From positions 1,550,001-1,614,000 of the forward strand of contig JBLDXI010000002.1 in the NCBI GenBank assembly GCA_047495785.1: a stretch of DNA of 64,000 nucleotides. The letters run 5' to 3'. This stretch comes from Lepidodermella squamata. Its lineage: Eukaryota; Animalia; Gastrotricha. Position numbers and translations under genes: made by a program. The notes below the pieces were generated by a model. The model was not told the DNA's origin. It did no database searches and saw only the letters and a program-made list of their open reading frames with translations. Below, piece after piece: positions 12,625-25,105 of this stretch. Numbering within the stretch: the first letter of the stretch is position 1; every line of letters begins with the position of its first letter.

Positions 12625-14599
12625 CCATAAATGCGCTACCTTAAGAAATTCATCGCTTGATTACCTTCATTCCTAGATTTCGCAAATCGAATAAAATCCG
12701 ACGCTGCTGCTGAATTAAAAAGAAAATCCTCATTGAACCATTTTGTGCATGCGTATTTGATCTTCTGGTGCTATGGATTGTAGCACTCCAAAACGCACCC
12801 CTTTCTTCGAACAACACCGCGTCTTCTTCTAGTCTAGAGCCTCCAACAGTACGCACAAAATGTATTGATTTATTCGACGGATTTTTTAAGCTGGATTCTC
12901 TACCCTCTTCTACACCTCGCGTTGTGCCAATTTATTGGTTGAGACAATTTTTTTTGTTAATTTGTTTTGGTTGTAACTCATGCGGCTTAAATTAACAGGG
13001 CAATCAACTACTTCCTCTTTGTGATCATGGCTTTCGTTTGAAAATTCGCTTTTGGCTCTCAGGCAGGGTCTCAACTTCGCTGACAACCACTATATAATAC
13101 TTAATTCGCAGGAGAAAATAGCTCATTTTAGCTGTATCATCCCGTCGCTGCATGTGTAGAGATTTGACAATCGCGTTTGATGGAATACAATAATACTACT
13201 ACTACTATAAGCTGAACAAAGCGCTCTTTTTGCCTCTTTGAAACACGGTGATTTTTTTCTTTATCATTTTGCGCCTTTCTCCTTCGCGTGTCCTGTCCAC
13301 TCTGCTAAAATTACACTCTACTATGTAATATTACACCCGCATTGTAGTGTGCTCACCTGATCGCTGTTTTATTTACTCTGCACATATATGTGTGTATGTG
13401 GAAAAGCGCATTAACGGCGCCAGAAATGATGAAAATTAATCCTCAAAAATATATATATAGATGTTATATTTGTCGTTATTATTAATATTATATATGAGAA
13501 GATATATATTATATTGTATTAGTTCTTCTACAACCACTGTATAAGTTTCTGCTGTGAGTCTATTCTCGATTTTTTTGAAGCGAGAAAACGCAATAAAATG
13601 AGCTGGATGTAATGACAGCTGGAATTTTTCGGAAAATTACAGGTAGCTATACAATTTTCAAGGTGGATCGAGATATTTAATCTCTCGTCCAGCTGCTGTC
13701 TCGCGATAAGGTTGCCGACCCGATAAACCGCGCCATTTTTATTTCTCATTATTAGCTGTTCCGCCGCTGAATAATCGCCCCGCGGCAACGTCTACAAGTG
13801 GTTTGAATTATTTCCGGCTGGTAAAATGAGGGTAATGAGTAATACTTATGAATTTAGTGCACCGTGAAACAGCCCACGCAGTGAGTGGTTGGTTGGTAGT
13901 AAATAAAATACCTCCAAAAGTTGTATAAAACAACAAAAGCTAATAGTTCTTTTGTCGGCGGCGTATACACGCTAATACATTCCTGTGAGTGCAGCAAGCG
14001 CTGTTATCAATGGACGCGTGTTGCGGGGAATTAACATGAAAGATCGGTTGTAATTAATAATAAAACACGTGAAGGTGAAGTAATGAATGGCTAGGAAGCG
14101 TGTGTTGACCACTGCCACACCGGCTACAAGGTAACATTTGTTTGTCAACGGAGGATTAGCGTGGTAAAAGCACGTTTTAATCAACCTCAAGTGTCCCGGC
14201 AGATTATTCAATTACAAAGCGTAAATAAATTGTCCAGTTCTAGCAAAAAACACAAGTAGATAAGAATGCATCGATAAGAATCAGGTCGAAGGTCAACTAT
14301 TTAATGCAACAATCCAAAGGTCAAGGGGAAAAGGTTCTTTGCTGTAAGGCGTAAACATATTTTTACGGTAGCAGGGAACAGCGGCATTGGCTTGAAAAGA
14401 ATGTAGTGTATAAATAAAAAGAGCGGTAAATGATATTATGTGGATAGGACGCTGCCACGAAACGCTGTCGTCGCAGACTACAGTGAAAGTTGTGAGCCGA
14501 AATGACGGAAAAAATTGGTGTATTAGGAATAGGTATCTCTATATAGAAGAAGGCAACTTTTTATTATAAGCCATGTTCACAGTTCACAGCGGCTGGAAG

Positions 14600-15250
14600 A
14601 AGCTCATGTTACTTTTTACTTCGTCTTGATGAAGCACATTCGAGCTTCAAAATTCACGAAACTGATACCTGGTAGTGATCTAATATACGAGCGATTTCTC
14701 GCTCAATCGCCATAACGGCAAGGTTTGAGAGCCTGTCTTCACCCATCGTGCTTCGCAGAGGGGTTTGTTTTAAAAGTATTTCATAGAATTTGTAGGAGTT
14801 ATAGGGGCGTAGATCATTATTTTGAAACTCGTTCTCCATTCTCATCACGTCACCTGTCATCACCGCTAGGACGGCGAAAAGTGGTCGAAATCGCCTTATC
14901 CGCCCTGCAGCAATTTCAGGCAATTTTTGAGCACCTTAATCTCTACTTCAGATGCTTTGAACTTATGAATTCCAAATTCTAAATTGCTCCCATGAAAGTC
15001 CCTAACATCTAACATCCCCCTTACCTACAACATCGAAAACAGTCGAAATCCGTTTTCAAAAGCTAGTATTCAGATCAGCATTCAGCCTTTCCAGTTGTTT
15101 AAGCGCGACAGTTTTGAAGACCAGAAATCTTTTTTCCAGCACTTCCATAGACTTTATAAAGTTAAACTCCAAGTATCGATACATATTACAAATCAAGGAT
15201 TCTTCCGATGTCAACCGTCTTGGGTCTTGGAAACAAGACTTGGGTCGATA
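14600..15250 (-). mobile_element. Decayed hAT-superfamily transposase fragment
   Basis: KQTPLRSTMGEDRLSNLAVMAIEREIA matches the hAT C-terminal dimerisation motif. Upstream EFNFIKSMEVLEKRF..KQLERLNADL resembles the preceding hAT region. Interrupted by stops and frameshifts; ends approximate. Confidence 0.75.
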
Positions 15251-16575
15251 AGTCTTCTACATACTCTAGGGTACCATTTAAATCCAAAGTCTAAACGCAA
15301 GTATACTTTTCAAAGTAAAATACAAAGCCATAGACATAATTTAGGAATTATAGACCAAGCCAATCCTAATAACAATCTGGCTATATTGTTGATAGTCGAA
15401 CAAAAAATGAACAAAAAATGAAAATTCTTCATGAATAGATTTACGCATTTATTTCCACATCAAAATATAGGTTAATGCTTGGAGTAGCTTAAAAGAGTGG
15501 TCAGACTAAGAAATATTTTCGTAAACCGAAGCGAATGGAAACTTGAAATGTCATTCTGTGAACTGTGAACTCAGATTGGACTATCATTTGGCCTTATTAA
15601 GTTTTGTCAATAACTGGCGGGTCGGTTGCTCGCTTCGATTTTGCAGGAATTTGAGGAAAAAAGGTTTGCAGTTTCATGAAAGCAACAATGTTCCAAAATG
15701 GAGATCGAACTATAGATGAAAAAAGCGATTTAAATTCACATTAAATGGGCTTTTACCAGCTACATATTGGAATCGCTTTTTCCAACCAGGTGAAGTATGA
15801 GTCATACTCCTGTAAATTACCTATGTTGTTTAGATTTTCAATTATCCGCCACTGGAACCCATTTTAAAAGTACTAATAGCCGAAAACACGTACTTATTCA
15901 AGTTCAATTCACTAGCTGTAAATGCTTTGTGCGAGATTAATGTCCTCTTTCAAAAAAGCATAAAATAGGATACGCATAATAGGACATGAATAACAAGGAT
16001 CGCTTGTAAGCTCTCGCTAGGTAATGTTTAACTGAAAGCATGAATTCGTGAATTATTTCTCCCGTGGAATGATTTTGCTAAAAAAGAAGTATACATGCTA
16101 TAGTCCTCTATCAGTCAATTTGCCACGGTAGTATAGATAGGTTTTCATTCATGGGCTTAAATGTGCCCTTCGAAAATAATTTCCTTGCGGGCAAGCTTTT
16201 TAAATACTGCTGGTTATCATTTTAGTGACTGATATCCGAAAATTTCGAGCTCTGCTTCGCGCTGGCCGGGAAGAATCTCGCCAGATTGAAGGCCTCGCCG
16301 TCTCAAAGCAATTTAGGAATATATCTTTATAAGCCAAGACAGCTTCCAGGGTAAACAGTCGCTTATTTGACATTTCACGTCTAGTGGGAAGCGTATCATA
16401 TTTCCGTTGTAGGTTATCGGAGAAACCTTATAATTCGGTCGAAAACCAGTGAACTTACCATCCATTTCCATGGCAGCCGCAATTTGGAGCCCCTTTAAAA
16501 TCTCCAGCGTGTTTAAAATTCTGGATATTGTGTATATTTTCTTCAATGTCCGTTATAGGGTCCCTTTTGTATCCA

Positions 16576-18342
16576 ATGCCTTCCAAAAGGACCACGCCAC
16601 TTCCTAGTAAGAATGCGGGCCGCGTTCCCTCGTGTCTGTGCTGCTGCCGGGCCTTCGTTATCATCGGCGTGATATTAGGTCTGATCCTTGCCGGCGCCGG
16701 CGTTTACTTTGTCCTGAATTATCGAGCGTTATTCTTCAAACGCCTTGCGACTGCGATGCCGCTTAGCCCTACCGCCGCGAGTTTCAACTCTTTCAAAAAC
16801 CCTCCAGCAAACATTTTCATGTCATTCTACTTCTTCAACCTAACGAATCCTGAGGATGTTCTGAAGGGAGCGAAGCCAGTTTTGAAAGAGATTGGGCCCT
16901 ATGTCTACCGAAACAATCGAGTGAAAGAGAATATAACATTCAACGATGATAACACGGAAGTATTTTACGAAGAACGCCGTTACTATGATTTTGTCATGGA
17001 TAAATCAGTTGGCTCAGAAAACGATACATTCTACAGTGTGGACCTGGTCGCATACAGTGTGACTAAAACAGGATACGAGGGAGGTAAAATCCAATTCCTT
17101 GCTAAAACTTTGACTGCGACTAAACGGAAGCACCCATTTAAGAATCACGTAATCCATGCATTTTTATTTGGTGCGAAGGATAATTTGTTGGAGAAAGTCC
17201 TGCCGATGAAGTTCCCAGATCCCAAAACTCGCCCCCCACCTGTTTTTGGCATTATGGTTGACAAGGCTACGGGAGAGAGCCGTCATGGCAAAGTAGACGC
17301 CAACTATACCTTGCGAACCGGCAAAGACGATCTTAGCACGTTTCAATCAATCGTGAAATTCAATGACAAGACTAGACAGACTGTGTGGCCGGGCAATGTA
17401 ACTGACCCCAGCAATGGCCAGCTGGTCGACCCTAATATCATTTATGGCGGTCTCGGTACCAGTTTCGCTCCAAATGTCAAGAAAGAGTCGGTGTTGAACG
17501 TTTTCGCTGCTGATTTGTGCCTAGTCATTGGTTTCACGTATGAAAAACCAAGCAAGACTGGTAAGCATGCATATTTAACCATGAAGTTTATTTTCAAAAA
17601 TGTCTTATTTCAGGCGGTCTTGATACTCTTCAGTTTGGTGTTAACGTACCTAACTGGCGTAAATATGTAGGAGAATTGAATCGCGCTAGTTGTGCCCCTG
17701 AGGATCGCGACGATCCGACTAAATGCGTGCAAGATGGTGTTCTGAACGCTACTTCTTGCAAGGGAGCCGCCCTAATTATGAGTCTACCTCATTTGATGGC
17801 CGCGGATCCGTTTTATCAGGTAAAATTCATAATTTTAATTTTGATTTTGATTACGAAATTAAATTTTCTAGAATACAACTGAGGGTCTGAATCCTGACCC
17901 CGAGAAGCATTCAATCGTGCTCAATATTGATCCCTTGACTGGAGCTGCACTGTCTGCCGTGAAGCGCATGCAGATCAATGTTCGTTTCATGAGTTTCAAT
18001 TACCAGAACTACACTAACTTGCCACCATTCACTCTACTTCCGATTATGTGGATCGAAGAGTCTGGTGGTATTAATGAAGCAGGCCTCGAGGGCCTCAAGT
18101 CTCGCGTTCATGGCGGGTACAGTATGCTGCGAAACATCGCCTACGCTCTCCTGATTGCTGGTATCGCACTGCTTCCCATTTGCATCATCATTTTCCTGGT
18201 ATGCAAGCAACGCTTTTCGGCGAGGCAAGATGACGCCTATGACGTTCAAATGGCTAATGTTAAAAACCCGCCGGTTGGCTATACAACGGCGAAACGTTCG
18301 GGCGACGGCGGTTTCGATGAGAAACGCCCGTTACACGCATGA
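16576..18342 (+). CDS. CD36/SCARB scavenger receptor, copy 2 (tandem paralog)
   Basis: Near-identical to copy 1 with the same two intron positions. Likely ATG at 16576 (MPSKR..CLCCC) by alignment with copy 1. Similarity extends about 90 nt into the 3' UTR. Confidence 0.93.
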
Positions 18343-18485
18343 CCGACCAGTCGAATGCGCTACCTTAAGAAATTCATCGTTTGATTACCTTCATTCCTAG
18401 ATTTCGCAAATCGAATTAAAGCCGATGTCACTGCCGAAATATAAGCTCCCTCTGTCTGCCCGCCAGCAATAACTCAATACCTTAA

Positions 18486-19267
18486 AGCCTGGCTCACAAA
18501 TCGTTGCTTTAAGTATTAAGCAATAAGCAATAAGCAATAAGCACTATGCTTTAAGCAAAGGCGTTTTAAGCATTGGAGACACTGCTTACCTTTTAAGCAT
18601 TGGTGCATTCGCTTTTCACAGCTCAAAAATAGCAGAGAAAGAAGCGCGATGAAATCGCAGCCCATCTTGAAGGGCCAAAACTATGATGTATTTACTTTTT
18701 TATGCAAAAATAACCGAACGGCTGAATGCGCATTGCTAAGAGCTATCTAATGATATGAAAAATTCTCAGGAATGAAGGAACATTCTTGAAATTGGTAAAG
18801 CACGAATTTCCATAATTTAGCCGATTTGATGCGTTACTTTACATGCCTATTTCTCAGCAACCCTGGCGATTTTAGGTTCAGTCTTGATATCAATCGACTT
18901 GTCGTTCAATGATCTTGAAAGTTACAACAAAATCTCAATTTGTAAAAAAAAACGCTAAACCACTTTTTACTTGTCAATTATAGTGATTTCAGATAGCTTG
19001 CTCTTTTGCGCGCGCAAACCAACCAATCGCGTGCACGCGTGTCGACTGCTCAAGTTGTAAGCATTGCTTAAAATCGCTCCGGGAGCGATTTTAAGCAATG
19101 CTCAACTCCACAAGGTAAATTTTAAGCAATGCTTAGAGCAATGCTCAATACTTAAGCAATGAGCATCTATTTATGAAATGGTCACAAAATTTTAAGCATT
19201 AAGCATCAACTAATAAGCAATAAGCATTAAGCATTAAGCAGTTAAGCAATGATTTGTGAGCCAGGCT
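18486..19267. mobile_element. Non-autonomous PIF/Harbinger-type MITE, 782 bp
   Basis: Terminal inverted repeat AGCCTGGCTCACAAATC...GATTTGTGAGCCAGGCT, TAA on both flanks (18483-85, 19268-70), subterminal TAAGCA arrays, no credible coding ORF. Confidence 0.88.
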
Positions 19268-19460
19268 TAACGGTGTTTTTAATCTTATTTCTGTGTTGAA
19301 CGTTTGATAAAAAATTATTGCAAGATAATTAAAAAAAGAGAAGATAACAATATATGACCTTCGATCAATGCGCACAATAATTTCTGCTTCTCTATGTGGC
19401 AAAATTGGGGGTGCCGCTGGAAAGCCTAGAGAGAGCTATTTTTAGCTCAAGGTTTAGAAA

Positions 19461-19925
19461 ATGGCAAATGCAAAATCACCGAACAATCATAATGGATTCG
19501 AAGAAGACGATTTTCGGAAATTGCCAGAAAATCTAGAAGCTCCCGCAAAATTATTCAACCTGATAGCTACAGATTTAAAGCAATGCGAACAATTATCTTC
19601 AGTACAACCACATAAAGCCAAAACGACAGCTCCGAATGCTCCCCGGAAAGATCAAGAATCCTTGCTTTCAAAACTCTTAGCAGGTGGAAAACGGGTAATT
19701 TGCCATGGGCATGACCATGGATTCACCGTTACACAACCAGACATCACGAAAATGCTATGGGATGCAGAAAGAAGTAAATGGATCGAGACCCCCGTTACAC
19801 ATCAAGCCCAAGGATCATTAAGTAATGGTACATCATCTCAATTAAATAATTGTGAAAGAAGCGGATCTAGCAAATCAACTAATGGCCCCCATTGCATCAT
19901 AGACATGTCGGGAACATGGAGGTAA
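19461..19925 (+). CDS. Orphan 154-aa ORF of unknown function
   Basis: Open frame with AAAATGG start context and an upstream TTTTTAG acceptor. No recognisable domain. Confidence 0.4.
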   Translation: MANAKSPNNHNGFEEDDFRKLPENLEAPAKLFNLIATDLKQCEQLSSVQPHKAKTTAPNAPRKDQESLLSKLLAGGKRVICHGHDHGFTVTQPDITKMLWDAERSKWIETPVTHQAQGSLSNGTSSQLNNCERSGSSKSTNGPHCIIDMSGTWR

Positions 19926-20137
19926 TCACCGCACAACGCGTTGCATTAACCGGCTCAACTGAATATCTTTATCATGTCATAAAATGGACGACACGCAAGA
20001 AAAATATCACTTCATGAACACTCGGCAATTTTATTCAAGGAATTTATACTCTGATGCTGGGTGACAATTAAATAAGTCAAAAGAGGGATAATAATTTCAT
20101 AATTTATAAGTTTTCTTGCTTTCAACGCTTTTTCTCG

Positions 20138-20488
20138 TTAATTGCCGACGCAATTTTGATAGCAGGTGCGATAGCTTGACCACATATTCCAGTTGTTGTA
20201 GTTATTCACGCAGCCCTTGAATAAAAAATTAGATCCGAATTCAGAATTGATCAAAGTTAAATTTCAAAGGCTAACCTTGTATTGATAGGACTTGCAAGAC
20301 TTGGAGCGCCTGTCGTAGTACCAAACTTGCGGATTCGGGTTGCCGGGGCAGTTCGACGAAAAGTCAGTGTTCTTCGAGCATCGCTGATTCTGGCGATAAC
20401 CACCGCCCTGTGCAGCCGCCAAGTCACAAAGACTGACTAACACGCAAATGGCCAAGAAAGCTGTGAAGCAAGCGCGAGCAATAGCCAT
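20138..20488 (-). CDS. Secreted single-domain Kunitz/BPTI-like peptide
   Basis: Signal peptide. Intron 20216-20275 joins WYYDRRSKSCKSYQYK|GCVNNYNNWNMWSSYRTCYQNC, giving six Cys in Kunitz order. Confidence 0.85.
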
Positions 20489-20555
20489 TGGATGAATTGA
20501 TGAATGAATGAAGGGATAAATGAATATGACATGCCTTATCGGAATCTCGTTGCGC

Positions 20556-20562
20556 TTTTATA
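20556..20562 (-). promoter_or_regulatory. TATA box of the Kunitz gene
   Basis: TATAAAA on the minus strand about 70 nt upstream of the ATG, with TCAT initiator-like sequences about 30 nt downstream. Confidence 0.6.
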
Positions 20563-21295
20563 GCCGTCGATACAATCGGCAGCAGCGATTCTATTGCGCA
20601 TATTTTTTAATTAAAAGAGCGAAATTAAAAATTATAGAAACAAGTCATCAACCGAAAACGGACAGAGCATTATAGTTAACGATTACGCATCAATATTTGG
20701 ATCCTCATTTTTAAAATCGATACTGGAACTGAAAAAGATGAGCTGCGATTTTGACATTTTCGTTTGTTGATCGATTCCGATGCCCTCCCTGAACCTGGGA
20801 ATTTTTAGCTACATGGTGCCCAAGCTATCTTAAAAAGTTCAATTTTGGTTTCTAAGGCGGTCGATATCGGAAAAATCACTGATTTGTAATATCGATACGT
20901 GGAATCGATATCACTGCTCTCCAGGCTGAAGTACAACTCGTAAGACTTAGTCTGCGTATTTTGTGCTATGTCCTATGTCCTAAAAAATTGAAATTTCAGT
21001 AAAGACGTGAAACTCGGAAATATTTTGCGGAAATCTAGTGCTCGAGTCTGGAATTTACTGCTGGAACCCTAAATTTGGGGTGTACACCCATTTCACAAAA
21101 GACGTTTCATTTTACCACGTAAACACATAGAAAATGTTGCAATTTTATTCAAATTAAATTCTGGGAAGACATTCCAACGCTTGGTATCATATCACTGACA
21201 TGTACATAGAAGCTCTCAAAGCTTTCGATTTTGAAAGAGCACGAAAATAACAGGGTTATAAGTCACATTTTTTTTAGCTTTTGATTTCGATGAAA

Positions 21296-22095
21296 TTATT
21301 CATCAACCACATCGCCGTACTGGTTGACACGTTTTCGCTTATTCTGCTCATCGGGTTGCGACCGGGGTGCGGGCGGCGGTTGCGGTTCCGCCGTTTGCTG
21401 TCGCGACATTTGGCTATGAATTTGCTGGCCAATTTGCGTGTGGTGCCTCCTGCGAAGCTCGTCGTAAGTCACCCCGCTAGAACTCGTCGAAGTCGCGGTC
21501 TGCGACGTCTGGCTTTCGTCCATTCTAGGCGGGCCAAAATCTACGTCGGACGCCTTAGTTGGGGGCACTACAATAGGTCCCCCTGGCTCCACAGTGCGCG
21601 GGTAAGGGGTCGCTCCAGCGGTTTGGCGGCCTCGCAAAGTCTCGGCTAGTTTGCTATTGGGTAGTTCTTCCAAAATCCGACGCTGACATTCGCTTCGGAA
21701 CGAAATTTTACCTATAACCCAACCGGCACAAGCAGCTGAAAAATAAATTAAAATTACGAAAAATTTCAAAAGTTTTAGAATTTCTGAAAAATTTCAAAAA
21801 ATTTCAAAATTTTCAATTTCAAGCCGGCTTAAATTTCGATTAATTAACCAATTATTCATTTATTTATCAAATCAGCGAAAAAAATTTTACCTGCTGCGAC
21901 TTTGAATAGGCTGCCGCGGGTAGCGTGGGGCCGTAGATAGCCCGCTTTGACGAGAAAATGCGTTGAGCCTCCAAAAGCGACCATAAAGGGAAGCGATCGC
22001 TGCCAGAAAGCGTCGCGATTGCACTGCATCAACACGCGCATTTCTTCCTGGGTCAGCGCCATGCGCGGCTGGCCTTGCGGGTCACCGGTATTCAT
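21296..22095 (-). CDS. OCIAD1: OCIA domain-containing protein
   Basis: EEMRVLMQCNRDAFWQRSLP, GWVIGKISFRSECQRRILEELPNSKLAE and TYDELRRRH; one intron near 21737-21890. Confidence 0.88.
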
Positions 22096-22236
22096 CGCCG
22101 ATTATTTTTTCAAAAATACTATAAAAAGCTAAAATATTAAAATAAAAATAAAAAGATCATTTCTTAACAGATGAGTTCGTTTATTGAGTACAAAATTGAT
22201 GAAATAAATTTAGAAAAAATTAACCAGCAGCACTTT

Positions 22237-23710
22237 TCAAATCAATTTCGCCTTTTCACTCGAGGAAGTAGAACAGAAAGCTAATTCGTTTCCATGTTCA
22301 ATTTGATTATCGCCTTTTTTCGGAAAACAACAACTCAATATCAGCAGAAAAATCGGCCGTAAAATGCACCAAAATGCCACGAAAATACCTGCATAGGTAT
22401 AAATTGCAAAAATTGTCCGTTCATCAGCCAGAGGGCACACTGAATAGGCTACATCGTCCGAATTCGCGGATAGCAGTAGCAAAGCCGGTGCTTTATTATT
22501 GCGCCAAGAAAATGACGGCACTGAAATTTCTTCAACGCCATTTTCATGAGTGATTTTACACGAGAAATGAGTATGACCCGAAACTATGATTCTGGGTTTG
22601 AGTTTTTCAAGCAGCATCGAACTCGCCTCTTTCGATAAAACGTCCAGTTTCGGCCGGGTGGGGGCAGATCGTTCCGGTTCAACGGCGGCGTGAGCATCTC
22701 GCGGGCATTTTCTATCATTTTCGCGATATAGCGGGAAATGTTGGAATAAAATCGGTCGATTTTTCAGTTTTTTGTTCAATTTTTCAATCGATTTTTTCGC
22801 CTCAGCGCATAAATCGCAACGACTCTCGTCACCCTCGAACGCCATCGAGTTCAATAGCACGAATTCGATGTTTTTAAGGTGGACAAGCCTGACTGAACTC
22901 GACGGTTCCAGGGCGGAATTCGGACCAATAAATTGATAATCGAATAAAATTTGGCGTTGGGGCGCGTGTTTGTAGTGAAACCCAACGTCGTGATTTCCGA
23001 CCAATCCAACAACTGGGCACAGTGAGTTGGGCAGGAAAATTGCATCGAAGCGACGGCGGTATTCGGCGAATTCCAACGGGTCTGATGTGTACTCGCCTTC
23101 GTCGGTCAGATCGCCTAGGACGAATGTGGCATCGGCGGGTGGTTGGAGCACGCGGTAGGTTGTTATGTAAGAAACTTTCATAGCCCATTCGCGGCGCAGC
23201 TTGTCAAACGGATGGCCGAATCGGTGACCCAAAATATGAGGATCCGATGCGATAATCACCCGGATTGTCTCTGATTTAAAAGAAACAAACGTAAATTTTG
23301 ATTGATCATTTCAATTGTTATCATTATATCGATTCAACTGTAGCCTTGAAATTCCTTGAAGAAAAAATTGTGATAGGCAAACAGTTGGGGATCATTATTT
23401 TCCCTATTGTCAGGTAATTTATTATGTAATTAGAATCTTTAATTTCAAATTCCAGGCTAAATCTGAGGCTCACAGGGTAGTAATCACCCGAGAAACCGAA
23501 TTCGATCAAAGCGTTTCCAATTCTGGATGCTTTACCTGATGATTGTGACGGTTTGACTCGAGGCCATCTGCATGAGGTATAAATAACAATGCAATGATGC
23601 ACCATCTCAGCATAGAACAGCGTCAATAGCACCAAGGCAATCAACTGCGCAAACATTCCGAAGCAAGTTTGAGGAAAAACCAGCGACCTCAAACTGCGCC
23701 TCAGCCTCAT
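22237..23710 (-). CDS. MPPE1: Metallophosphoesterase 1 / PGAP5 (GPI remodelling), paralog A
   Basis: N-terminal TM exon, intron about 23271-23535, SDPHILG..FDKLRREW, LGDL, GNHDVG, HFP, SGHTH, VPSFSWRN, C-terminal TM. Confidence 0.9.
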
Positions 23711-23868
23711 TTATTAAGGCAGACCTATTGAAAATTGAATAAGACAAATTAAAACTCAATTTCTTTCAAAATTTCGACATTTTACTCCGAAAATTACGTG
23801 AAGTCAACAACAAAAATGGTTTGAAATTAAATAAGACAATTGAGCTGAAGAGAGCAAATAAAACAGTA

Positions 23869-25105
23869 TTAAATCATCTTTTCGCCGCAGTTTTCGTCAC
23901 TATCATCACTATCCATAGATTTGACTCGAGGTAAGAATGAGATTGTAGCAAGAATAAGAGCTCGAGATAGAAGCCAGATCGTTATAAAGGAGAAAGAGAG
24001 CGCGTAGATTGTCGCTGAGGTCGATTCACAAGGTAAATAACACCGTGAAACTTTATACTCGTTTGAATCCGCGACAAGTAAAACAACACTAGGGCATTGA
24101 TTTTTGAACCACGTGAATGGCGGAACAGTAAATTCTTCGATAAAACTCTGATTCGTGCCGCGGAGGAACTTGTTATAGCATGGCAAGTGAATATGGCCAC
24201 TGAAAATCAGTCGCGGGTTCAATTTGTCTAAAATTAGGTCAGAAACAGGTTCTGATAGCGAAAATTCACCTGGGTAAATTTTCGGGCAATTCGCATCTTT
24301 CAACACAGATATTTTGTTCTGGAATAACGGAACGTGTTGCAGCAAAATTGGTCGATTTTTCAATCGCAGCGACAAATTTTCAACAGTTTTCAGAGTTGAA
24401 TCACAAATTGAGCAATTTTCGAAACGGTCATGCATTGCCATAGAATTAAGGAGGACGAATTCGACGGGATCTTTGTTATTCCCGGTAAATTTTAATACAC
24501 GGACTGTATTAGACGGACTCGCAGATTTTTCGAGGAATTCCTGCTCGAAAAGTGTATTCCGCCATGGCTCGATAGGTTCCAACCATCCTCCAATATCGTG
24601 ATTGCCGAAAACCGAGTAAACTGGGCTGAAATTCACGCTGGGTCGGAAAATTGAGTCGAACCGCATTTTGTAGTCTTGTATCTCATCGATAGATTCAGAA
24701 GCCTCGCCGTAATCGGCCAAATCGCCGAGGACAAAAGTTGCATTGGCCCTCGGGTACAGTCGATAATACAGGGCTAGATAGCCTTTTTGCATCGACCATT
24801 CGTTAGTTATTCGAGTTAATAAATTAGACCACGTTCGACTGAGAAGGTGAACGTCAGAGACAATTATGAACCGTTGAGAATCTAAAAAATGTAATGAGGA
24901 TAATAAAATTCAAAATCACATTAAATGTTAACTTACTTGATTTTCCATTAATTTCTGGCCACTTGCAAAACGTCCAGGTAACGATTACATAGTGAATGAA
25001 TTCAGCGTAAACGAACACGAAAGCGAAGAAAATGACACTGGCGAGGAAACAGCGAGACCAGGTCGAAGGCCACAACACTTTGCTAAGACATGTCAAAAAT
25101 TTCAT
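23869..25105 (-). CDS. Metallophosphoesterase 1-like, divergent paralog B
   Basis: Same exon layout as paralog A: SDVHLL, LGDL, GNHDIG, HVP, SGHIH, VPPFTWFKN, C-terminal TM. Confidence 0.85.

Noticed and set aside
15500-16546. Broken minus-strand frames upstream of CD36 copy 2
   Set aside because: Multiple stops and no recognisable family; cannot support a pseudogene call.
18507-18600. TAAGCAA tandem repeats as a CRISPR or telomeric array
   Set aside because: No spacers, eukaryotic context, and they lie inside MITE subterminal regions.
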